NCBI GenBank assembly: GCA_030680835.1 | Contig: JAUXUD010000033.1 | Location: forward strand, 19,572 to 83,571 | From: Bacteroidota bacterium | GTDB lineage: Bacteria; Bacteroidota; Bacteroidia; UKL13-3 | DNA: 64,000 nucleotides | Reading direction: 5' to 3' | Program-made: the position numbers and the translations under genes | Part shown: one piece after another, positions 20,073-30,435 of the stretch | How the letters are laid out: each line of letters opens with the position of its first letter | How positions within the stretch are numbered: position 1 is the first letter of the stretch | The notes under the pieces: generated by a model | Told to the model about the DNA's origin: nothing | The model's database searches: none | Seen by the model: only the letters and a program-made list of their open reading frames with translations

Positions 20073-21671
20073 ATGAAACATTCAAAAATTCTACTGTCTG
20101 AAACCGGTTTGGTTCCTCCTATTGTTTTAGATTATTTAGCAGGTAATGAATTTTTAAAACCATTTTATGCTGAACCCAATACGATTGGTGCATATAAAAA
20201 ATTAATAGATGCAAGAAATTTTGATGAAAAGAAAAGGCAGGTCCTATATGATTCATTAATCAATCAGTTTCATAAAATTAAACTACCTCTCGAAAATTAT
20301 CCCATCCTTTATTCAAATATAAAATTACTTCTTGATTCCAATACGTATACTATATGCACGGGACATCAGCTCTGTTTATATGGCGGGCCCATGTTTGTAA
20401 CTTACAAGATATTAACAGCCATAAAATTGTGTTCAGAATTACGCAATGCATACCCCGAAATCAATTTTGTGCCGGTATTGTGGCTGGCCAGCGAAGACCA
20501 TGATTTTGAAGAAATAAGCAATACGCATTTATATGGCAGGGATTTTAAGTGGCATAAAGATAGCGGAAACAAACCTGTTGGAACACTCGATTTGGAAGGA
20601 CTTTCGGAAGACATCGAAACTATTTCAAAATTAATTGGTACGAATGAAACAGGACAAAGATGGATAAAATTAATTGAGGATTCTTATTTAAAAAGTAATG
20701 ATTTATCTGAAGCGACTATTAAATTGTATACCGATATTTTTAAAGATTACGGTTTAATTGTATTAGAGCCAAATCAAAAGATATTTAAGGAAGAATTAAT
20801 ACCTGTTATCAAATCAGATTTATTAGATCAAAGTAATTTTTCGGTGCAAACTAAATCTGATAAATTATTGGCTGAAAAATACAAACTACAGATAAATGCC
20901 AGAGAAACAAATTTCTTTTACCTGAGTGAAACGTCAGGAAGAAGGCAGATTAAAAAGGAAGGGGAAGCGTTTGTAATAGCAGGTACTGAAACCAGGTTTT
21001 CGGTTCAGCAATTAGCAGTTGAAATAAATAATTACCCTGAGCGCTTTAGTCCGAATGTTAATTTACGACCGGTTTATCAGGAACTCATATTGCCCAATCT
21101 GGCTTATATAGGAGGGCCTGCAGAAATTGCCTATTGGTTGCAGTTAAAGGCAATTTTTGACGTAAACAAAATCAAGTTTCCGTCAGTGGTACTGCGTTCA
21201 ATGAATTTAATAACGGGAAGTCAACTGATTGAAAAAGTTGAAAAATACGGATTAACGGTTTCTGATTTGGTAGGCAATGAACTTAAGCTGACCCAGGCTT
21301 ACCTGCAGAAGGGAAGAAAATTTGATTTTCAGAAAAGCTTTGACATTATTTTAAATGAATTTCAAATTTTGATAGACGCCAGTAAAGATTTGAATAAAGA
21401 GGTGTCGAAAAACTTTTTAGAAACCAAGTTAAGCTTAAAAAACTTGTTTCATGAAAAGCAACGGGATATAAAACGAAGTATCGGTGAAGCTGAAACTGAA
21501 CAAATTGAAAAACTGATGAAATTGCGTTCAAAGCTATATCCGAAAGGGATTTTTCAGGAGCGTACGGATACACTTTTTCAACATGAATCAAATTTAAACA
21601 GGATATTAATTCCTGAGATACTGGAACAAATAGATATTTTTCATCCTGCACTAAATGTTTTCAGTTTATAG
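20073..21671 (+). CDS. bshC: Bacillithiol biosynthesis cysteine-adding enzyme
   Basis: TGHQLCLYGGP, WLASEDHDFEEI, FSPNVNLRP, YIGGPAEIAYW, FQER. Confidence 0.92.
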   Translation: MKHSKILLSETGLVPPIVLDYLAGNEFLKPFYAEPNTIGAYKKLIDARNFDEKKRQVLYDSLINQFHKIKLPLENYPILYSNIKLLLDSNTYTICTGHQLCLYGGPMFVTYKILTAIKLCSELRNAYPEINFVPVLWLASEDHDFEEISNTHLYGRDFKWHKDSGNKPVGTLDLEGLSEDIETISKLIGTNETGQRWIKLIEDSYLKSNDLSEATIKLYTDIFKDYGLIVLEPNQKIFKEELIPVIKSDLLDQSNFSVQTKSDKLLAEKYKLQINARETNFFYLSETSGRRQIKKEGEAFVIAGTETRFSVQQLAVEINNYPERFSPNVNLRPVYQELILPNLAYIGGPAEIAYWLQLKAIFDVNKIKFPSVVLRSMNLITGSQLIEKVEKYGLTVSDLVGNELKLTQAYLQKGRKFDFQKSFDIILNEFQILIDASKDLNKEVSKNFLETKLSLKNLFHEKQRDIKRSIGEAETEQIEKLMKLRSKLYPKGIFQERTDTLFQHESNLNRILIPEILEQIDIFHPALNVFSL

Positions 21672-21673
21672 AA

Positions 21674-22228
21674 TCATTTTAGATTTTCATTTTTCTGTAA
21701 AATTTGATTCATAAAATGCCAAAGTACAATTCCTGTGCTTACAGCAACATTAAGTGAATGTTTGGTGCCAAATTGAGGAATTTCAATGCTTCCATCGCAT
21801 AGGTCAATGAGGTTCTGATCAACCCCATCAACTTCGTTACCCATAATAATTGTAATAATACTTTCAGAATTATAGGTAAAGTCTTGCAGTAAAATGCTAT
21901 TGCTGGTTTGTTCAATGGCGTATATTTTCTCCCCTTTCGATTTAAGAGTTTGTATTAATAAAACTGCATTTTCATGGTACTCCCATACCACAGATTCTGT
22001 AGCACCAAGGGCTGTTTTGAGTATTTCCTTATGCGGAGGGATTGCTGAAATGCCCGTTATAAAAATCTTTTTAACATTAAAAGCATCGGCTGTTCTAAAT
22101 ATTGAACCGATGTTTTGAGCACTCCTGATATTATTCAAAATGATATGAACGCCTGTTTTTTCAGCCAGTTTGAAGGCTTCGAGGCTTGGCCGGTTTAACT
22201 GAGAGCTACTTGTTTTGGTATTTTGCAT
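21674..22228 (-). CDS. TrmH/SpoU family RNA methyltransferase
   Basis: NIRSAQNIGSIFRTAD, MGNEVDGV, IPQFGTKHSLNVAVS. Confidence 0.92.
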   Translation of the reverse strand: MQNTKTSSSQLNRPSLEAFKLAEKTGVHIILNNIRSAQNIGSIFRTADAFNVKKIFITGISAIPPHKEILKTALGATESVVWEYHENAVLLIQTLKSKGEKIYAIEQTSNSILLQDFTYNSESIITIIMGNEVDGVDQNLIDLCDGSIEIPQFGTKHSLNVAVSTGIVLWHFMNQILQKNENLK

Positions 22229-22327
22229 GGTTTTTTCGCACAATTAAACGGTAAATTAACATAAATCAGCAAATATTTGCTTTGTTCACATTAAAAAACT
22301 ATTACTTTTGTATTCAAAACTATACTT

Positions 22328-24283
22328 ATGAAGCCTCTAACTAACATTACTCAATTGAAAAAAGGAATTAGTTTTCTTTTTCTAATAGCATTTTCATTTT
22401 ACTCATTTGGCCAGGGAGCCGAAAAAAAATTATCTGGGGGAGTTGGGTTAGGTATTCCCATAACCTTTTTTACGGTTAACTCCAGTCTGGTTGGACTCTA
22501 TATGGGTAATGTAAGATACTCATTTAATAAAACCTGGTCATTAGAAGCCCGGTTAACTTCAAATGTTTTTTATAACACACCCAAACCGCCAAATCCACCT
22601 AAAGCGGTACTTGATGGAAGTGCATCTGATTTGGTGAGTTACCGAACTGCCATGTACGGCTTTCATGCGATGGGTTATTATAATTTACCTAATATTTTTG
22701 GCTTGGTAACTCCCGAAAGCAATTGGTTGCCCTATTTAAACGCAGGTATTGGCATGCATATATACAAACCCAGAGCTACTTATGTAAATGGAGCCAGTAT
22801 GCAGTCATTAACCTTTGGAAAACCCTGCCGTGATTACCAGGTTGGCGTCGGTACGCGTTATTTTATAAATTCAAACATAGATTTACATGGAGGTATGGAG
22901 TATCATTTTGTTGAGAGCTATTGGCTGGATGCATTGGGTACTAATAAAAAGCTGGATAACTTCTTAAACCTTTATGCAGGTGTTAGTATAAAATTGGGAG
23001 CCAAACCCTGGGATAATCTGGTTGACTGGTCGCATAAAAATATTGAAAATCCAAAAGAGTCTGCAAAAAATTATTCGAAATGGGCTGCAGATGTAACCTT
23101 GGGTATTCCGTATATGTTTACACCGGTCGGATATAGTTTTACTGGTATGTTTGGTTTGGGTATCAGACATTCATTTTCTAAATCTATGGGATTACAATTG
23201 GCTTATCATCATGGCAATCTTTCAGGAGGGCAAGATTTAGTTCCGGTTGTTGTTATCCCATATACTGAGGCGGAATCTGTAAAGACTTTTTCAACCAAAA
23301 TCAATCAATTTACTGTAAGAGCGTATTTTAATTTAAGGAACTTATCGTCAGAATCAACTTCCAGAACCGAATGGAATCATTATGCAGTACTTGGTGGTGG
23401 ATTTATTTATGGAAACCAGGATGTAACTTTTTCAAATAATACCAGTGTATCTAAAGTTAAAGTTTATAACAAAAGTGGAGTTCAAAATATAGTGGTAGGT
23501 TACGAAGCCCGGAAATATTTAATGCATAATTTGGACCTGATTGCCGGAGCTGATTTTAGTTTAAACCAAAGTAAATATTTTGATGCTGCTCCAATAAAAC
23601 CCAATTTAAATTCGCATTTATATTTCCATACCGGAGTTACCTATAAAATTGGAACCAGTAAAGATAAAGAACATATAGACTGGTCATATGTATCATATAA
23701 TAATTACAAAGACAAATCCATACAGATTGAACAGGTACCTATTATAGAGAAACCAGTAACTGAAGAGGCTCCTAAGATTGATACCAGTATAGCTGTAGCC
23801 CCTCCTGTTGTTGAGCCAACACCTGTAACACCTCCTGTTGTTGAACCCACCCCTGTAACACCTCCACCTGTTGAGCCCGTTGTACCTGAGCCCGTTGTTG
23901 TAGCTCCAACTCCTACTCCGGTTCCAACTCCGGCTCCTGCACCCAGAGCAGTGAGAAGAGCCAGACCTGCACCAGGAACCCCAACAAGTCCATCTGCACC
24001 GTCAACTTATGTTGCAACCGATGAGGTTACCCCTCCACCAACACGGTATAATGTTATTGTTGCCTGCTATAGTGTAAATAAATTACATATTGCAAAGGCA
24101 TATAAAGTGAAGCTGGAAAAGAGTGGCTACAGTCCTAGTATTTACAGGAGTTCAACAAATTCCAGAATGTTGAGAATGTCGGTTATTTCAACCAGTGACA
24201 GAAGCGAAGCACTGAATACTTTAAGAAGGGCCCGCAAAGAACTGGAACCGGAATCCTGGATATATATATACAATAAACAATAG
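22328..24283 (+). CDS. Outer-membrane protein: two beta-barrel-like domains, Pro-rich linker, SPOR domain
   Basis: Signal peptide; two ~200-aa amphipathic beta regions each ending in DWS; PPVVEPTPVT repeats; C-terminal YNVIVACY...ESWIY resembles SPOR. Confidence 0.7.
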   Translation: MKPLTNITQLKKGISFLFLIAFSFYSFGQGAEKKLSGGVGLGIPITFFTVNSSLVGLYMGNVRYSFNKTWSLEARLTSNVFYNTPKPPNPPKAVLDGSASDLVSYRTAMYGFHAMGYYNLPNIFGLVTPESNWLPYLNAGIGMHIYKPRATYVNGASMQSLTFGKPCRDYQVGVGTRYFINSNIDLHGGMEYHFVESYWLDALGTNKKLDNFLNLYAGVSIKLGAKPWDNLVDWSHKNIENPKESAKNYSKWAADVTLGIPYMFTPVGYSFTGMFGLGIRHSFSKSMGLQLAYHHGNLSGGQDLVPVVVIPYTEAESVKTFSTKINQFTVRAYFNLRNLSSESTSRTEWNHYAVLGGGFIYGNQDVTFSNNTSVSKVKVYNKSGVQNIVVGYEARKYLMHNLDLIAGADFSLNQSKYFDAAPIKPNLNSHLYFHTGVTYKIGTSKDKEHIDWSYVSYNNYKDKSIQIEQVPIIEKPVTEEAPKIDTSIAVAPPVVEPTPVTPPVVEPTPVTPPPVEPVVPEPVVVAPTPTPVPTPAPAPRAVRRARPAPGTPTSPSAPSTYVATDEVTPPPTRYNVIVACYSVNKLHIAKAYKVKLEKSGYSPSIYRSSTNSRMLRMSVISTSDRSEALNTLRRARKELEPESWIYIYNKQ

Positions 24284-24369
24284 ATTGTAGATAACTGAAA
24301 GGCTTAAAATTCTTAGTTCTCATACAATGGTGTACCTTAGCAGACAAATTGACTGTTAAGTCCCATTAT

Positions 24370-25818
24370 ATGAGAACTAATTTTTTTATAGTACTGCTAG
24401 TCATTCTATCAAATTCTATTTATGCTCAGAATAATGGCGGGAAAGTTAAAAAGCCCGAAAAGTATAAAAGTGAAAAGTTGAAATCTCCGGATATGAGTGT
24501 TGTGGATGGCAGCACTGCAACAAAAGTTACCAAACCCCTTAAGAAGGCCAGCGATACAAGCAATATTATTCCACCGGTAAGTTATTCGAAATTATCTTTC
24601 GGACTCAATTATGGAATTGCTTTTTATGCAGGAGACGTAACCATGGATGCTGCCTATCCGGGATACGGCGGCTTTGTGAAATATTCTTTTAACCATGTAA
24701 TGGGTGTAAGAGCTCAATATTTATATGGTAAATTATCAGGCGGGCATTCAAGGCTTGATAGTACCGCTTTCCAGAACAGGACTACCAATATCAATTTACA
24801 ACTCATATTTAACGTGGGCAGTGTAGATTACAGAAACAGTTTTCCAAGAAATAATTTTTATTTTGGTGTGGGTGCCGGTATGCAGTTAAATAATGCCCAA
24901 AAGGATAGCAGTCCTTATGGAACATATACTGCCAATAATTTCACAATTCCTTTAACCTTTGGTTTTAAAAGAAAAATCAGCAAGAATATTGATTTGGGAA
25001 TTGAGGCAAACTTAATGTTAAATGGAAATGACATGATTGACATGAAAAATACCGGAAATAACTTACCTGATTTAAACGGGTATTGTGTAGCCAGTATTGT
25101 ATATAATCTCACAACTGCCAACAAACCAAAACATATAGATTGGAGTAATCCGATTAATAAAATTTACATGGATTTAATGGAAGCCAATGAGAATGCTGCA
25201 GCCATGAAAAGCGATGGGGATGGGGATGGTGTTCCGGATGCAATTGACAAGGAGCCCAATACCAAGGCAGGCTATAAAGTAGATTCAAAAGGCATTACGC
25301 TGGATAGTGATGGTGATGGAATTCCCGACTCAGAGGATTCGGATCCGTTTGGTTTTGACAAAACATTAGGCAAGTATTTCCCAGGATTTAACGGGGGACG
25401 GGACTCTGCAGAAAGAATTTATAAAATAAACGATTCAATTCCGCAAATTGATTTTGTTACGGTTTCAATGAGCGGTTTGGGATTGCCTTTTATTAATTTC
25501 CCACCAAACGGGTATACCATGCATGTAGAACAATATGGATTATTACAGGTTATTGCCCGGATATTGATGATGGATACTTCGGCTGCATTGGTAATCATCG
25601 GACATGCAGATAACAACAAGCCCAATTTAACCCAACTTACTTTGGCAGAACGCAGGGCGCTTGAAGTAAAACGCAAACTGTTTAAAATTTATGAAATTGA
25701 GCAGCACAGATTGCTGGTATTTTCAGAGAAGGATCCCTATATACAAAAATACCAGCTGAGTTCGGAAGGATTAAACAGAAAGGTTGAATTTAAAATTATC
25801 AGACCCCGTAAAAAATAA
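24370..25818 (+). CDS. OmpA-family protein with beta-barrel, TSP3-like Ca-binding repeats and OmpA_C domain
   Basis: DGDGDGVPDAIDKEP, DSDGDGIPD, IIGHAD, LAERRA, NRKVEF. Confidence 0.85.
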   Translation: MRTNFFIVLLVILSNSIYAQNNGGKVKKPEKYKSEKLKSPDMSVVDGSTATKVTKPLKKASDTSNIIPPVSYSKLSFGLNYGIAFYAGDVTMDAAYPGYGGFVKYSFNHVMGVRAQYLYGKLSGGHSRLDSTAFQNRTTNINLQLIFNVGSVDYRNSFPRNNFYFGVGAGMQLNNAQKDSSPYGTYTANNFTIPLTFGFKRKISKNIDLGIEANLMLNGNDMIDMKNTGNNLPDLNGYCVASIVYNLTTANKPKHIDWSNPINKIYMDLMEANENAAAMKSDGDGDGVPDAIDKEPNTKAGYKVDSKGITLDSDGDGIPDSEDSDPFGFDKTLGKYFPGFNGGRDSAERIYKINDSIPQIDFVTVSMSGLGLPFINFPPNGYTMHVEQYGLLQVIARILMMDTSAALVIIGHADNNKPNLTQLTLAERRALEVKRKLFKIYEIEQHRLLVFSEKDPYIQKYQLSSEGLNRKVEFKIIRPRKK

Positions 25819-25820
25819 TT

Positions 25821-26537
25821 TTAGTCCCAGGGAAGCTTGCCAATTTTGTGCATATAACGGTTAATCAGGTTTTGTTTTCTTCTGATGTATTTCGAAGGTT
25901 TGTTTGCCTTCCATCTTCTCGGGTTTGGATAGCAGGCAGCAATTGCCGCTGCCTCAGATGAAGATAACTTATAGGCAGGTTTGTTAAAATAATAAAGTGA
26001 CGCTGCTTCAGCGCCATATACTCCATTTCCCATTTCAATAATATTGAGGTATACTTCGAGAATCCGCTTTTTTGTCCACAGCACTTCAATACATACGGTA
26101 ACATATACTTCTAGTCCTTTACGCAACCAGCTTCGCGTTGGAGTGAAAAAGAGATTCTTTGCCGTTTGCTGACTGATGGTGCTTGCGCCTCTTGGTTTTT
26201 TTCCGCGGCTAAAACTTTTTTTTACCGATTCATATATTTGTTCAAAGTCGAAACCATAATGCTGAAAGAATTTGGGGTCTTCGGCAGTAAGACTGGCAAG
26301 ACATATATTGGATCCCAGATTTTCAATAGATTCCCAATCTTTTTTTAATCGTACAGGATCATCACCAAAAACCTGCTCAAAAAGCCTGATTACAGGTAAA
26401 GGGGTAATAGGAACGGGTATAATACGGTAGATAACAATAAAAAACAGACTTACCTGAAAAGCCAGTAATAAAACTTTAATTGCAAACTCCTTGAGTTGCA
26501 TCAGTTTTTTACCTAAGGCCCTGGTGGTTTTTCCCAT
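25821..26537 (-). CDS. mtgA: Monofunctional biosynthetic peptidoglycan transglycosylase
   Basis: AEDPKFFQHYGFD, RGASTISQQTAKNLF, KRILEVYLN. Confidence 0.93.
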   Translation of the reverse strand: MGKTTRALGKKLMQLKEFAIKVLLLAFQVSLFFIVIYRIIPVPITPLPVIRLFEQVFGDDPVRLKKDWESIENLGSNICLASLTAEDPKFFQHYGFDFEQIYESVKKSFSRGKKPRGASTISQQTAKNLFFTPTRSWLRKGLEVYVTVCIEVLWTKKRILEVYLNIIEMGNGVYGAEAASLYYFNKPAYKLSSSEAAAIAACYPNPRRWKANKPSKYIRRKQNLINRYMHKIGKLPWD

Positions 26538-26633
26538 AATTATTAATGTGCAAGTTTACTAAAGTTATTGAATTAACCATATATGAAACTTATTTCGTTT
26601 CTTTGAAATATAAATTTTTTATTCCACTCATTC

Positions 26634-27938
26634 ATGCTGTTGTTTAAGATTAAAATGATTGTAGGTACGCTTGTTTTTACCTTGTTGGTAGATATGTATG
26701 TGTGGCAGGCAATAAAAGTACTCATCAAAGATAAACCCACCTGGTATCGAAAAATTATTACCTTTTCATTTTGGGCAGTGCCTGCAATACTTTTGCTGAC
26801 ATTTGGAGCGAACCAGATTTTTGCATTTTTTGATACCTATAAAAACATACGAACTTATTTTTTGGGCACATTTGTAATTATTTATGCGTCAAAATTAATT
26901 ACGTTTTTGTTTTTGATTGTAGATGATATTAAAAGGTTATTCATATGGGCGTGGCGTTTGATAGAGCGCAATTTTTTGCACCAGAAAGCGCTTGCAGAAG
27001 AAGAGGAAATGGAAGAAGCGATAGAACCCCAGTCAAAAAAAATTTCGCGCTCAGAGTTTATCGCCCGGGCAGGTATTTTAGCTGGAGCAGTTCCTTTTAT
27101 TATGTTGAGCCGGGGAATGATAACCGGTGCATACAATTTCCAGGTGCGCCGGGTAAATCTGGTTTTACCCAATCTCCCCGAATCTTTTGATGGCTTAAAA
27201 ATAGTACAGATATCAGATATTCACAGTGGTAGTTTTACCAACAAAGATGCGGTATACCGGGGCATCAATATGATTAAGGAACAAAAAGGAAATATTGTTT
27301 TTTTTACAGGGGATATGGTAAATAACCGAACCAATGAAGTATATGAATGGATGGATATGTTTTCCGAAATAAAAGCACCGATGGGTGTGTTTTCGATACT
27401 TGGCAATCATGATTATGGTGATTATGTAACAGATTGGAAAAGCCCTGAAGAAAAATCTAAAAACATGCAGGATTTGGTTGATGTGCATAAAAATCTGGGA
27501 TGGAACCTGATGCGAAACGAACATGTTTTGCTGGAAAGAGAAAACAAAAGCATTGGTTTAATTGGGGTTGAAAACTGGGGTGACAAAGGCCGGTTTCAAA
27601 AATTTGGAGATATAACAAGGGCAAAAGCAGGTATGCCTGATGTTCCTGTTAAAATATTGTTATCACATGATCCCAGTCATTTTGATACCATTGTTAGCAA
27701 GAGCCATACCGACATTGATTTAACGCTTTCGGGACATACACATGGATTTCAGTTTGGGGTTGAATTGGGAGATTTTAAATGGAGTCCTTCACAATATATT
27801 TACCCGCATTGGGCCGATTTATATAAAGTAGATAAGCAAATGATTTATGTAAACCGGGGCTTTGGTTTTATTGGTTATCCGGGAAGAGTTGGGATTATGC
27901 CTGAGATAACGGTTATCACACTGAACAAAACTGCATAA
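26634..27938 (+). CDS. Membrane-anchored metallophosphoesterase
   Basis: SDIHSG, TGDMVN, LGNHDYG, LSHDP, SGHTHG. Confidence 0.92.
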   Translation: MLLFKIKMIVGTLVFTLLVDMYVWQAIKVLIKDKPTWYRKIITFSFWAVPAILLLTFGANQIFAFFDTYKNIRTYFLGTFVIIYASKLITFLFLIVDDIKRLFIWAWRLIERNFLHQKALAEEEEMEEAIEPQSKKISRSEFIARAGILAGAVPFIMLSRGMITGAYNFQVRRVNLVLPNLPESFDGLKIVQISDIHSGSFTNKDAVYRGINMIKEQKGNIVFFTGDMVNNRTNEVYEWMDMFSEIKAPMGVFSILGNHDYGDYVTDWKSPEEKSKNMQDLVDVHKNLGWNLMRNEHVLLERENKSIGLIGVENWGDKGRFQKFGDITRAKAGMPDVPVKILLSHDPSHFDTIVSKSHTDIDLTLSGHTHGFQFGVELGDFKWSPSQYIYPHWADLYKVDKQMIYVNRGFGFIGYPGRVGIMPEITVITLNKTA

Positions 27939-29591
27939 TCAACTCAGGTATTTGCCGGAAATAGGGACCCTTCTGCCGGGTCCGAATGCTTTTTGTGATA
28001 CCCGCAAAACAGGTGGAGCCTGCCATCGCTTCCATTCACTTGTATTCACCATTTTTAAAATTCGCTTCACCAAAGCAGGTTCAAAACCCATGTTTACAAT
28101 TTGCTGAATCCCCATGGTTTCTTCAATATAATGGTAAAGAATTTTATCTAAAACCTCATAAGGAGGAAGGCTATCACTATCTTTTTGTTCGGGCCGAAGT
28201 TCTGCGGAAGGTTCTTTGTTGATTATATTAACAGGTATAATTTCATCTTTTTTATTGATGTGTTTTGACAGTTCATAAATTTCTGTTTTATATAAATCTC
28301 CGATAATGGAAAGTCCGCCACACATGTCTCCATAAAGAGTTCCATAGCCAACAGCCAGCTCACTTTTATTGCTTGTGTTCAGTAAAATATAACCAAATTT
28401 ATTGGCAAGAGCCATTAAAATTAAGGCACGTGAACGCGACTGCATATTTTCTTCAGTCAGTCCAAAAGGAGTTTCATTAAAATAAGGTTTGAGAGTCTCG
28501 GTTAGCGTGTTAAAGGTGTCTTCAATAGATATGATGTTTTGCCTGATTCCAAGCCGGGCTGCCAATAATAAACTATCATCAATAGAATGGTCGCTGCTGT
28601 ATTGTGAAGGGAGCATTACCGCCCAGATATTTTCAGAACCCAGTGCCTTCGATGCCAAGTACAATACAACCGCCGAATCAATTCCTCCTGATAAACCTAA
28701 AATGGCCTTTTTAAATCCTAATTTATCAAAGTACTGTTTAATTCCTAATGTAAGTGCACTTTCAATATCCGCATATTTATTTCTGATTCCTGTGAGCGTG
28801 CTGATCGAATTAACCAGGTCAATACCTTTATCACCCTCATTTATTTTGTAGGTTTTCTGGTCTTCGTTAAAGTACTGCAGTTCATCAAAAACATTTCCGT
28901 TTGCATCTATTGCGCAACTGCCTCCGTCAAAAATAAGATGAGTTTGTGCACCTACATGATTCACGTAAAAAACAGGAAGCTGATATTTGCGGGCATTGTT
29001 TTTTAATACCGTTTGCCGGGTTTGTATTTGTGTGGTTGAATAGGGGGAAGCAGCAATGTTTATTACAAAATCAGGATTTTGATGTATTAACTCTGCCATG
29101 GGTGTTTTAACATACATGGGATTGTCGTTAATATTCCACAAATCTTCGCATATGGTTAACGCAATTCTGAAACCTTTGTAATGTATAATTTCAAAATGGG
29201 TATTGGGTTCAAAATACCTGTATTCATCAAAAATATCATAATTTGGCAACAAGGTTTTATGCACAATTTTTTGAACCTTGCCATCTTCAATAAAATATGC
29301 AGAGTTAAACAGGTCTTTTCCATGTACAACCGGATTAATACTGGGTGAACCTACAATTGCTGCAATACCTGTACAATGTTGTGCAATTTCATCAATACTG
29401 TTCTGAGCCAGTAAAATAAAGTCATGAAATTCTAGGAAATCCCTGGCCGGATAGCCACAGGTGGCCAGTTCGGCAAAAACGATTAAATCAGATCCGCCCG
29501 ACTTAGCCAGTTGAATTGATTCTATAATTTTTTGGGTATTGCTGTTAAAATTCCCTGTATGAAAACTTTTTTGAGAAAGGGTTATTTTCAC
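27939..29591 (-). CDS. nadE: Glutamine-dependent NAD+ synthetase
   Basis: Nitrilase domain (ICEDLW) plus synthetase motifs LGLSGGIDS, NTSNKSE, GYGTLYGD; GTG start. Confidence 0.95.
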   Translation of the reverse strand: MKITLSQKSFHTGNFNSNTQKIIESIQLAKSGGSDLIVFAELATCGYPARDFLEFHDFILLAQNSIDEIAQHCTGIAAIVGSPSINPVVHGKDLFNSAYFIEDGKVQKIVHKTLLPNYDIFDEYRYFEPNTHFEIIHYKGFRIALTICEDLWNINDNPMYVKTPMAELIHQNPDFVINIAASPYSTTQIQTRQTVLKNNARKYQLPVFYVNHVGAQTHLIFDGGSCAIDANGNVFDELQYFNEDQKTYKINEGDKGIDLVNSISTLTGIRNKYADIESALTLGIKQYFDKLGFKKAILGLSGGIDSAVVLYLASKALGSENIWAVMLPSQYSSDHSIDDSLLLAARLGIRQNIISIEDTFNTLTETLKPYFNETPFGLTEENMQSRSRALILMALANKFGYILLNTSNKSELAVGYGTLYGDMCGGLSIIGDLYKTEIYELSKHINKKDEIIPVNIINKEPSAELRPEQKDSDSLPPYEVLDKILYHYIEETMGIQQIVNMGFEPALVKRILKMVNTSEWKRWQAPPVLRVSQKAFGPGRRVPISGKYLS

Positions 29592-29603
29592 CTTATTTTT
29601 AGT

Positions 29604-30335
29604 TTAAAAGAAAAATCCTGCATTCAAAGATAAATAGCTATTGGCAGCATTCCATTTACTTTCATCTAAAAAATCGCTAAGTCCCATATTGTATCTTAAT
29701 CCTAAATCAACCCGTGAATCATTGAGTATGTATAGTTGCGTTCCCGCACCAAATACCAGACCAACCCTTAAACTATTAATGGCATATGTATACTTTGAAC
29801 CGTCGGCGTTTTGCAATTCAAATTTATCTCCATCATCCGGTGTTCCGGTATTTACATCCTCAAGGTTTAGCTGGGGGGAACGGATATCGGCCCTTTGTTT
29901 TAAAAGAAACCCGGGAGCGAAACCAAATTCACCGTAAAAACTCAGGTTATTTTTGTTTTGGGTATGCATTTTTAACAAGCAGGGTACTTCCACATATCTT
30001 AACCTATAGTCAATATTAAAATCTGTTGAAGTTGTTAAAATTCCGTTTTGTGGTTTTACGTCAATTAAATCAAAGTGTATATTGGAGGCTATATTTTGCA
30101 GGTTTACTTCAAATCCAAAAGCATATTTTTCGCTAAGTTTATAGTTAATCCGTGCACCAAACCCCCAGTTAATCTCGCTGCCATTGCTTTTAATTATTTT
30201 CGAATTTGAAGTAACCCAGCTCACTGAGGGTGAAAGCCCGAGACCAAATTCAAGTTTTTCTCCTATTATCTGTGCACTACTTTTAAAAGTAATGACGATG
30301 AGCAGCAGGGTAAAAATTTTACTTGTCTTTTCCAT
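29604..30335 (-). CDS. Outer-membrane beta-barrel (PorT/porin-family-like) protein
   Basis: Signal peptide, YVEVPCLLK, GLRYNMGLSD, terminal Phe. Confidence 0.75.
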   Translation of the reverse strand: MEKTSKIFTLLLIVITFKSSAQIIGEKLEFGLGLSPSVSWVTSNSKIIKSNGSEINWGFGARINYKLSEKYAFGFEVNLQNIASNIHFDLIDVKPQNGILTTSTDFNIDYRLRYVEVPCLLKMHTQNKNNLSFYGEFGFAPGFLLKQRADIRSPQLNLEDVNTGTPDDGDKFELQNADGSKYTYAINSLRVGLVFGAGTQLYILNDSRVDLGLRYNMGLSDFLDESKWNAANSYLSLNAGFFF

Positions 30336-30435
30336 TGAGTCCAGATTATTTTTATATTCAATTCAATTATAGTTTCAATTTACAGATATTGCAATCCGTA
30401 TTTAAATCGCTTATATAATTTAAAAAATCAAAAAT

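Noticed and set aside
23800-23945. 30-bp direct repeats
   Set aside because: Coding Pro/Val/Thr linker of the SPOR protein.
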